Below are positions 55,851-63,176 of a stretch of DNA of 64,000 bases, piece after piece (the first letter of the stretch is position 1; each line of letters begins with the position of its first letter). Both the position numbers and the translations under genes were made by a program. The stretch comes from Escherichia coli (GTDB lineage Bacteria > Pseudomonadota > Gammaproteobacteria > Enterobacterales > Enterobacteriaceae). The DNA lies in NCBI RefSeq assembly GCF_030013205.1, contig NZ_CP122648.1, one strand, 5' to 3'. The notes beneath the pieces are model-generated. The model did no database searches and was not told where the DNA came from. It saw nothing but the letters and a program-made list of their open reading frames with translations.

Positions 55851-56190
55851 ATTGATAACAGAGGGCGTTGCAGCGGGGTTGTCACTTAAGCGTATGGTCA
55901 ACCTGACAACCCGGTGTCCTCAACGGGGAAGGAATAACCCCGCCATACTTACCGCCGCGCCATTTCGCGGGTTGCCACAACCGGAAGCGCACGGTCGACG
56001 AAAATTTAACGACAGGCTATCTATGAACCAGCTACCTCGCCGTGCGCTTTCGCGTTATGGTCTGACTTTTCAGGGAAATATCCTTTCAGTAAACTGTCAG
56101 TTCCGGATGCGCACCCGTGTCCGGCGCACGCACTCCACCTCACCCGTGGAGAACTCCTTAATTACTAACCTTAGCTTTGTTGATTAGCTA

Positions 56191-56409
56191 CTAACGCGGG
56201 TATGTAATCATTCTGGCAATGCTTAATGCCGCTGCTTTTTCCAGATTGGTGATATCCTGCTCCAGAGCGGACAGATTTTCAGCCTGCTTAGCCCTGGCTT
56301 CATTAGCCCATTTCAGATCCTGCGCTGCATTAATTTTCTGGCGCATCCACTCATAAAGTTCATCATCGGTATAGTCTGGCGCGATGATGACGGGTTCTCG
56401 TTTCTGCAT
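56191..56409 (-). CDS. ydfC: Qin prophage protein YdfC
   Basis: 72-aa ORF in the dicB operon upstream of dicF. Confidence 0.8.
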   Translation of the reverse strand: MQKREPVIIAPDYTDDELYEWMRQKINAAQDLKWANEARAKQAENLSALEQDITNLEKAAALSIARMITYPR

Positions 56410-56438
56410 ACTGATTCCTCGCGGTGCTGTTTCGCTTA

Positions 56439-56567
56439 TCAGCCGTTAGATTTTGCCGAACTGGAAAGCGCCTGTTTAAACTCACTGAAGCTGAGAGCTT
56501 CTTCGCCTTCGGCAAGGCCTTCGAAGTATTCTTCGTAAGCCTTTTCCATGATTGTGTCGAAATCCAT
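56439..56567 (-). CDS. ydfB: Qin prophage small protein YdfB (42 aa)
   Basis: Hand-translated MDFDTIMEKAYEEYFEGLAEGEEALSFSEFKQALSSSAKSNG*; below the ORF-track cutoff. Confidence 0.75.
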   Translation of the reverse strand: MDFDTIMEKAYEEYFEGLAEGEEALSFSEFKQALSSSAKSNG

Positions 56568-56568
56568 A

Positions 56569-56724
56569 TCACTCACCTGAGTTTCTTTCCAGCCAGCGAC
56601 GGGCACCATTTTCGGTTTTAAACGTTTTGCTTTTGGTATACGTCATTGCGGTGAACGTGCCGTCCTGGTTTGGAAACACGCCGTACACCAGAGATTCGTT
56701 GTTGCCAAGATCGATAGTATCCAT
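56569..56724 (-). CDS. ydfA: Qin prophage small protein YdfA (51 aa)
   Basis: ORF trimmed to MDTIDLGNNESLVYGVFPNQDGTF...; first gene after dicA. Confidence 0.75.
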   Translation of the reverse strand: MDTIDLGNNESLVYGVFPNQDGTFTAMTYTKSKTFKTENGARRWLERNSGE

Positions 56725-56890
56725 GCTGACCTCATTTCCCCTTAACGCTGGGGTAGCGGAACTGTTTGCTGAGAACACCGTGCGGTGTGTTGATGCAAAC
56801 AAGATTAGCCATGACTAACATATCGGTCAAGTGATTTTGTATGCTATAGCTAACATAATTGATGTGGTAAAAGATAACTCATTGATGATG

Positions 56891-57298
56891 TTATCTTTTA
56901 TTTGTCCGCTGACGGGCTTTTAGTAATTCTTCAAAGAGTTTATTGAAGTTTTTTACTCGAGCTCGCATTTCGGCGAGCTGGGTATCCTGTTCTGATTCTG
57001 GCAGTGCATTAAACAGCTCAAGGAGCTCTAGTTCTTTGGGGGATAAGGCAACTGGCTTCTCAACAGGTGGTGTTGGTTGCTTGTCTTCATCGCCAAATAG
57101 AATCCATGTTGGTGAGCATTGCAATACTTTGCTGAGGGCAAAAAGGTTCTTCCCTGTAGGTTCACTATCACCCCGTTCCCATTGTGATACAGACACATGG
57201 GAGATTTTCAGGGCTTTAGCAAGAGAGCTTTGGGTGTGTTTGAGGTTTTTCCGACGATACCTGATGCGTTCGCCGATAGTTAAATTTTTTGTTTCCAT
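56891..57298 (-). CDS. dicA: XRE-family HTH repressor DicA (cI-like)
   Basis: 135-aa ORF with N-terminal HTH; divergent from dicC. Confidence 0.92.
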   Translation of the reverse strand: METKNLTIGERIRYRRKNLKHTQSSLAKALKISHVSVSQWERGDSEPTGKNLFALSKVLQCSPTWILFGDEDKQPTPPVEKPVALSPKELELLELFNALPESEQDTQLAEMRARVKNFNKLFEELLKARQRTNKR

Positions 57299-57381
57299 AG
57301 TTAGCTAATGCTAAATCGTATTGACTATGTTTTTGTTAACATCTATCTTGTTAGTTATGACTAACAATAAAGGTGTTTTAA
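57299..57381. promoter_or_regulatory. dicA-dicC divergent promoter/operator region
   Basis: 83-bp AT-rich spacer containing dyads TTAGCTAA and TTAGT-TATG-ACTAA between divergent repressor genes. Confidence 0.55.
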
Positions 57382-57612
57382 ATGCTTAAAACTGACGCTC
57401 TTTTGTATTTCGGTTCAAAAACAAAACTTGCACAAGCAGCAGGTATTCGTTTGGCTTCGCTTTATAGCTGGAAAGGGGATTTAGTTCCCGAAGGTCGCGC
57501 GATGCGTCTACAGGAGGCATCTGGCGGGGAGCTTCAGTATGATCCCAAAGTTTATGATGAATATCGTAAGACGAAGCGGGCGGGGCGGTTGAACAATGAA
57601 AATCACTCCTGA
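57382..57612 (+). CDS. dicC: Cro-like regulator DicC
   Basis: 76-aa ORF divergent from dicA; recognised as DicC. Confidence 0.9.
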   Translation: MLKTDALLYFGSKTKLAQAAGIRLASLYSWKGDLVPEGRAMRLQEASGGELQYDPKVYDEYRKTKRAGRLNNENHS

Positions 57613-57919
57613 ACAGGCTCGTGAGGCTCTGGATGCCTGGATATGTCGACCAGGAATGACACAGGAGCAGGCGACGATATTAATCACTGAAGCATTCTGG
57701 GCTTTGAAAGAGCGCCCGAACATCGATGTTCAGCGTGTCACATATGAAGGTGGCGCGATTGATCAGCGAGCGCTTGGCGTTATCTGGTCATCACCTGACG
57801 GAGAAATACGTCGCTACGACAGTCGCCTAAACATAATCTGTCGCGAGTGCCGGAAGAGCGAAGTTATGCAGCGCATACTGGCTTTCTATCAGGGTAATTT
57901 TCAGGACGTGGCGCAGTGA
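57596..57919 (+). CDS. hypothetical prophage protein (YdfX-like position), Cys-containing
   Basis: 107-aa ORF overlapping the dicC 3' end by 17 nt; CxxC at CRECRK; family not assigned. Confidence 0.5.
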   Translation: MKITPEQAREALDAWICRPGMTQEQATILITEAFWALKERPNIDVQRVTYEGGAIDQRALGVIWSSPDGEIRRYDSRLNIICRECRKSEVMQRILAFYQGNFQDVAQ

Positions 57920-58272
57920 GTGCACCGGCAACCATTCTTGATATGTGCTGTGGCAGCCGCATGTTCTGGTTCGATAAGTCTGACGAACGGGCGATATTCA
58001 GCGATATCAGAAAAGAAGGATACACATTACGCAATGGGAGACGCTTGATTATCAGCCCTGACATTATCGCAGATTTTCGTGCATTATCATTTGCAGACGC
58101 ATCTTTTTCGATGGTTGTATTAGACCCTCCGCATCTTGAGAGTGTTGGTGATAACGCCTGGATGGGAAAGAAATATGGACGGCTGAATAAAGATGCCTGG
58201 CGTGATGATTCGCGACAGAGATTTAAAGAAGCCTTTCGGGGGTTGAGGCCGCACGGCGTTCTGATTTTTTAA
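57916..58272 (+). pseudogene. short SAM-methyltransferase-like ORF, probably truncated
   Basis: 118-codon ORF starting at GTG overlapping the upstream stop; motif-I-like ILDMCCGS and DPPH (DPPY-like); ends at a T6 run. Confidence 0.4.
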
Positions 58273-58631
58273 TGGAATGAAACGCAAATACCGGTAAGCC
58301 AGATTCTGGCACTGACAGACAGAAAACCTGTTATCTGTCAACGAACAGGGAAAAAACGATAAAACCCACTGGATTATTTTTATGAAAGAGGCATCCAGTG
58401 AGTAGATTCGTAAGGCTACAGATACGTATATCTGAATAATTAAATTCAGTTCTGTAAATAAAATTTAATCCTTAACCGGATGGATTTCTGCACCCTCAGA
58501 ACATCAGGAGGCCGCCCGAAAGGGCGGTAGTGAAATGCGAATGTTCAAAATTATTATTGAAACGGGAATAGCTGGTGGAGATTTTGAGGATGTATTCGAA
58601 GTGGACGATGACGCAACACCTGAGGAAATTC

Positions 58632-58886
58632 ATGACGGAGCATAAGAAATTTTCTTTAACTACTGCAATTACTCATACCACGAAATAAAAGACGATGAGG
58701 AAGAACAAAGTGGCTGATTTTTGTTCAGCTAAATATAACATCAGTTTTGAAGAGCGGGATGAACTATTAATGGACTATGGTGAGTTACGCGGTGGAAGTG
58801 CTGCTGATGTCGAATCCTAGCGTGATGACTATGAAGCGGGAAAAACTCCGGTCGAAGCATATTGTGATGAGTGGGGCGATGAATGA
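58632..58886 (+). pseudogene. reading frame interrupted by in-frame TAA and TAG, otherwise open
   Basis: Hand translation MTEHKKFSLTTAITHTTK*KTMRKNKVADFCSAKYNISFEERDELLMDYGELRGGSAADVES*RDDYEAGKTPVEAYCDEWGDE*. Confidence 0.3.
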
Positions 58887-59170
58887 GCGAGATTAATTAT
58901 CAGGAAGGGCATGAAACGGCGGGGCAAGCAAAACCAGTGGCATGGCGATATCGCTACGTGAAAAAAGGCGTTACGGACTTTCAGGGGAAGTAGTGGTCTG
59001 GTGACTGGAAATATGTACCGAAAAAAGAGGATTGTAACGACAGGCCGAACTATCAAATTCAGGCCTTATTCACTGCCTCACCAGTCCCAGTTACATCAGA
59101 AGAACTGGTTAAAGCTGTGCACTTTTATGAACAACTAAAACGCGAAAATCCACCAACATCCGGCAACTAG
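58883..59170 (+). pseudogene. reading frame interrupted by one in-frame TAG, start overlaps previous stop (ATGA)
   Basis: Hand translation MSEINYQEGHETAGQAKPVAWRYRYVKKGVTDFQGK*WSGDWKYVPKKEDCNDRPNYQIQALFTASPVPVTSEELVKAVHFYEQLKRENPPTSGN*. Confidence 0.3.
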
Positions 59171-59424
59171 ATTAATGGATTAACTATGTCGGTTAAACGA
59201 CCAGCCAACTGAAAAAGCGGAAACCTGATTACAGGTTGCCAGATAAGGCAATGAGCTACCTGGCGCGGAACGGACTGATAAGTATGGGGAATGTTTTACG
59301 ATGAACCTTTAGACTAAAGAGTTTGTAACGCTATGTAAGTGATTTTTTCTGGTTTAGATATTTATATGTCCGGCCAAATTGAGGTGTGTTTAAATGTAAT
59401 TGCACATTGATTGTAGGAGGAATA

Positions 59425-59604
59425 ATGAAAAACGCATTGCAGTTTTTGTTTGTTGCGTTCTGGTTGTTCGCATCATGTATGCCCATCATCTTCACAGCAA
59501 GGTATATGGAAAAAGTTGATGTTTTGATATTAATATTTGGATATATAAATGCCCTTTTTTTAGGGGTGTTCATGGCGGTCATGTGCATTGAATACTGGCG
59601 GTAA
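59425..59604 (+). CDS. 59-aa hydrophobic (two predicted TM) small protein
   Basis: MKNALQFLFVAFWLFASCMPIIFTARYMEKVDVLILIFGYINALFLGVFMAVMCIEYWR; GGAGG about 6 nt upstream of the ATG. Confidence 0.45.
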   Translation: MKNALQFLFVAFWLFASCMPIIFTARYMEKVDVLILIFGYINALFLGVFMAVMCIEYWR

Positions 59605-59938
59605 ATACAGCGAACTCCATTGGTTTAGTTGGATATTTACTGTGCTGGACAAAAACGGTTTGCGGGGAAATCTTAGTTAAGTAGAATGACTGCGGGTGCT
59701 TGAGGCTATCTGCCTCGGGCATGGACACCAACGGCAGATAGAGAAAAGCCCCAGTTAACATTACGCGTCCTGCAAGACGCTTAACATTAATCTGAGGCCA
59801 ATTTCATGCTAGACACATGTAGGTTAGCCTCTTACGTGCCGAAAGGCACGGAGAAGCAGGCTATTGTTAACACCAAGTTGTAATGTCCCCTTTGAACCAT
59901 TCTAAAATGTCCCCAGACAATTCTCTGGGGGATTTTTC

Positions 59939-61252
59939 ATGATCAAAGAGACTGTTACGATGAGTCATAAGGAACTCCACCGACTTCAGATTATTCAGGA
60001 ACAAGCTGCGGCACGCATTGGCATTTCTATTCGGCAGGTTAAACGTCTGGTGCAACGGTATAGAAATGAAGGGCCTTCTGGTCTGGTTTCCCACCGACGT
60101 GGAAAGCGTCCTAATAATTCCTTTTCTACTGAATTCAGAGCAACAGTAATTTCACTCCTCAAAGGCCGTTACGCTGATTTTGGACCTACGTTTGCGTGCG
60201 AAAAATTGCGCGAGATACACGGTTTATCTTTATCCGTTGAAACTCTCAGAAAGTGGATGATAGAAGAGGGGTTATGGCGTGAACGCCGTCGTAAAATTGC
60301 CCGTATATATCAACGCCGCATGCGACGACCATCTTACGGTGAACTGATCCAGATTGATGGCTCACCTCATGACTGGTTTGAAAATCGAGGCCCCAGATGT
60401 ACACTGATCGTTTTCATTGATGATGCCACCAGTGCGTTGATGGCGTTGCGTTTTGTGCCTGCTGAAACAACCCGGGCTTACATGGAAACCCTCCGGGGTT
60501 ACCTTAATGATCATGGCGTACCGCTCGCTCTCTACTCTGATAGACACAGTATATTCAGGGTAAATAACCCAGAGCGGGAAGGTGAGCTGACCCAGTTCAC
60601 TCGTGCGATAAAGACACTGGGCATCGAGCCAATCCATGCCAACAGCCCGCAGGCAAAAGGGCGGGTAGAGCGCGCCAATCAGACACTACAGGACAGGCTG
60701 GTCAAAGAAATGCGGCTTCAGAATATCAGTGATATTGAAACAGCAAATGCATGGTTGCCGACCTTTATTGAAGCCTATAACAACCGGTTCGCTACGTCGC
60801 CTCGTACTACTGATAATGCTCATCTTGATGTGCACCATTCTGAAGAGGAACTGGGTTATATCTTCAGCCTACAGGCGAAGCGCGTTCTGTCTAAAAATCT
60901 CACTTTCCAGTACAAAAGCAGTGCGTTTCAGGTACGCAGTGAGGGCCGGGGATATCGACTTAGGCATTCGGTTGTTACTGTATGCGAGAACTTTGACGGT
61001 GAAATTAACGTTCTGTATGACGGGAAAGCGCTGGGCTGGGAAAAGTATGTTGATGGCCCGGAGCCTATACCACTGGATGATGAAAAGAGTGTCCATGAAC
61101 GAGTGGATAATGCCCGTATTGATTTACGCTCAAAATACTATGTTAAACCTAAAGCTGACCATCCCTGGCTTACGCGCCGAACGCAAAGTCATCAGCAAGT
61201 TAAGCCCCCGAAGTTACCTAAAAAGAAGCCTGATCCCGATAAAAAAGATTGA
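59939..61252 (+). CDS. DDE transposase with N-terminal HTH and rve-type integrase core (IS481/ISNCY-like), Lys-rich tail
   Basis: 437-aa ORF; HTH at IGISIRQVKRLVQRY; acidic residues in DGSPHDW / FIDDATS / RVERANQ context; family assigned from memory only. Confidence 0.65.
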   Translation: MIKETVTMSHKELHRLQIIQEQAAARIGISIRQVKRLVQRYRNEGPSGLVSHRRGKRPNNSFSTEFRATVISLLKGRYADFGPTFACEKLREIHGLSLSVETLRKWMIEEGLWRERRRKIARIYQRRMRRPSYGELIQIDGSPHDWFENRGPRCTLIVFIDDATSALMALRFVPAETTRAYMETLRGYLNDHGVPLALYSDRHSIFRVNNPEREGELTQFTRAIKTLGIEPIHANSPQAKGRVERANQTLQDRLVKEMRLQNISDIETANAWLPTFIEAYNNRFATSPRTTDNAHLDVHHSEEELGYIFSLQAKRVLSKNLTFQYKSSAFQVRSEGRGYRLRHSVVTVCENFDGEINVLYDGKALGWEKYVDGPEPIPLDDEKSVHERVDNARIDLRSKYYVKPKADHPWLTRRTQSHQQVKPPKLPKKKPDPDKKD

Positions 61253-61586
61253 AACCAAGATCGATTCGGTTGAGTGCATATCCATTCATAGGGTAGATTC
61301 TTAAGTCGCGTTTCTGGTGTTCATTTTCGGGTGGTTTGTTACTTGTTTTACCGGGGATATGCCAGAAACGCGCTGAGTCAGTCTGGGCGGTGCGCGTAAT
61401 GAGGCGTTATGGTAAATAGCCTATGCTAATGTCCGCTAAGAGCAAGAAGCGGAAGTTGGCAGTTTTGTGGACTGTCCCCACAAAAGTGACTACAGAAATA
61501 GTTGCAATTCATAATTGATCATGGGTTGTCAGTTAAACTCGTGGCGATTTAAATAGACTAATTGGGAGTGCGTCCATTACTTATAT

Positions 61587-61635
61587 CTTGTAATGTTAAC
61601 TATCAGAAATTCTTGTAATGTTAACTATCAGAAAT
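61587..61635. repeat. Two tandem copies of a 24-bp unit CTTGTAATGTTAACTATCAGAAAT separated by 1 nt
   Basis: Read directly: 61587-61610 and 61612-61635 are identical; located 3' of flxA. Confidence 0.9.
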
Positions 61636-61713
61636 GATACAAAGATAATATGTCTTTAAAGAAAAGGCTGATGGCGAAAAGTGGCCCGATGAGGGCCACA
61701 ATACGGCTGTCAC

Positions 61714-62046
61714 TTAGACGTAAATATCAATGGTGCCAGCGGTATTTGTATCGTCTTTTTTCTCTTCTTTTTTATCAGGCTGAACTGTCGCGTCTTCATT
61801 CTTTTTCTCTGCCTGCTGCCTTAACAACTGCTCCAGTTGAGCCCAGAGGCTTTCAATTTGCTTCTGTACCAATGCAGCCATTTCTTTTTTCTGCTGTGTC
61901 GTCATCCCCTCTTCCGATGAGATTTTCCCAAGCTTTTCAGTCAGCACCTGAATTTGTCTTGTGATTTTGGCTATTTCTGATGTTCCTTCCGGGGCGGAGT
62001 TGTTTGAAATAACGGTTGAGGTATTTCCCTGAATTGTGACAGACAT
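61714..62046 (-). CDS. flxA: FlxA (FliA-regulated Qin prophage protein)
   Basis: 110-aa ORF MSVTIQGNTSTVISNN... recognised as FlxA; AGGAG upstream. Confidence 0.88.
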   Translation of the reverse strand: MSVTIQGNTSTVISNNSAPEGTSEIAKITRQIQVLTEKLGKISSEEGMTTQQKKEMAALVQKQIESLWAQLEQLLRQQAEKKNEDATVQPDKKEEKKDDTNTAGTIDIYV

Positions 62047-62069
62047 AGATTTCTCCTTTTAAAAAAGCA

Positions 62070-62096
62070 CTATCGGCATGCACAAAAAAATCTTTA
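62070..62096 (-). promoter_or_regulatory. sigma-28 (FliA) type promoter for flxA
   Basis: Minus strand TAAAGATT-N11-GCCGATAG versus consensus TAAAGTTT-N11-GCCGATAA, about 25-50 nt upstream of the flxA ATG. Confidence 0.75.
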
Positions 62097-62248
62097 ATCG
62101 TATTTCTTGTGTCATTAATTGTTTGATGTTCAGATTGTTTTCCTCGCGGGCTGGCGCGCCTCAGAAAGTAAAGCTTGTTGACAGGGGTAAACGTTCGGCA
62201 ATAATTTTCTGCCGCATGCGGGTGTTGCATAAAACGTGTTACGTTCCT

Positions 62249-62554
62249 TTATCGACAGGTCAGGTCACCGCTCACCCGCCGACGAGAAAGCAACACTGAC
62301 ATGCTAAAGCAAAAAATAGATGAATAAGTTGAGTTGTGCATATGTAGCCTGACCGTCACAAAGTATATGGTGTCTGTACCAGTAAGATGATGGCCGGACT
62401 CTTTAAAAACGAGCTGACCTGCACAATACAGGATGGACTTAGCAATGGCTGCTCCTGGCACAAAGCGGACAGTGATCACCGTTCTTACGACTACTTTCTG
62501 ACTTCCTTCGTGACTTGCCCTAAGCATGTTGTAGTGCGATACTTGTAATGACAT
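62249..62554 (-). CDS. ydfV: Qin prophage protein YdfV
   Basis: 101-aa ORF between flxA and relB; identity by position and length, low compositional confidence. Confidence 0.5.
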   Translation of the reverse strand: MSLQVSHYNMLRASHEGSQKVVVRTVITVRFVPGAAIAKSILYCAGQLVFKESGHHLTGTDTIYFVTVRLHMHNSTYSSIFCFSMSVLLSRRRVSGDLTCR

Positions 62555-62566
62555 TTGTAATTACAA
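62543..62566. promoter_or_regulatory. relBE operator (relO) dyad
   Basis: TTGTAATGACATTTGTAATTACAA, containing the 12-bp palindrome TTGTAATTACAA, 13 nt upstream of the relB ATG. Confidence 0.7.
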
Positions 62567-62578
62567 GAGGTGTAAGAC

Positions 62579-62818
62579 ATGGGTAGCATTAACCTGCGTA
62601 TTGACGATGAACTTAAAGCGCGTTCTTACGCCGCGCTTGAAAAAATGGGTGTAACTCCTTCTGAAGCGCTTCGTCTCATGCTCGAGTATATCGCTGACAA
62701 TGAACGCTTGCCGTTCAAACAGACACTCCTGAGTGATGAAGATGCTGAACTTGTGGAGATAGTGAAAGAACGGCTTCGTAATCCTAAGCCAGTACGTGTG
62801 ACGCTGGATGAACTCTGA
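62579..62818 (+). CDS. relB: antitoxin RelB
   Basis: 79-aa ORF recognised as RelB. Confidence 0.95.
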   Translation: MGSINLRIDDELKARSYAALEKMGVTPSEALRLMLEYIADNERLPFKQTLLSDEDAELVEIVKERLRNPKPVRVTLDEL

Positions 62819-63105
62819 TGGCGTATTTTCTGGATTTTGACGAGCGGGCACTAAAGGAATGGCGAAAGCTGGGCTCGACGGTACGTGAACAGTTGAAAAA
62901 GAAGCTGGTTGAAGTACTTGAGTCACCCCGGATTGAAGCAAACAAGCTCCGTGGTATGCCTGATTGTTACAAGATTAAGCTCCGGTCTTCAGGCTATCGC
63001 CTTGTATACCAGGTTATAGACGAGAAAGTTGTCGTTTTCGTGATTTCTGTTGGGAAAAGAGAACGCTCGGAAGTATATAGCGAGGCGGTCAAACGCATTC
63101 TCTGA
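62818..63105 (+). CDS. relE: mRNA interferase toxin RelE
   Basis: 95-aa ORF overlapping the relB stop by 1 nt (TGATG); recognised as RelE. Confidence 0.95.
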   Translation: MAYFLDFDERALKEWRKLGSTVREQLKKKLVEVLESPRIEANKLRGMPDCYKIKLRSSGYRLVYQVIDEKVVVFVISVGKRERSEVYSEAVKRIL

Positions 63106-63176
63106 ACCAAAGCATGACATCTCTGTTTCGCACCGAAGGTGACACTTCTGCTTTGCGTTGACAGGAGAAGCAGGCT

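Noticed and set aside
55852-56187. 111-codon plus-strand ORF between dicF and ydfC
   Set aside because: Antisense to the dicB operon leader, no ribosome-binding site, Arg-rich composition typical of GC-rich non-coding sequence.
59700-59938. Possible IS110-type bridge/guide RNA upstream of the transposase
   Set aside because: The transposase has an HTH plus rve DDE architecture, not the DEDD/RuvC-like fold of IS110-family recombinases, so that specific RNA type is not expected; the hairpins are reported only as unexplained structure.
61587-61635. Possible CRISPR array
   Set aside because: Only two repeat units with a 1-nt spacer and no cas genes nearby; this is a simple tandem duplication.
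61650-61964. 104-codon plus-strand ORF overlapping flxA
   Set aside because: Antisense to flxA, which has a recognisable protein, a ribosome-binding site and a sigma-28 promoter.
63106-63176. mok/sok elements for hokD
   Set aside because: Only 71 bp separate relE and hokD, too short for a canonical hok leader with mok and an antisense sok promoter; hokD here looks like the third gene of the relBE operon.
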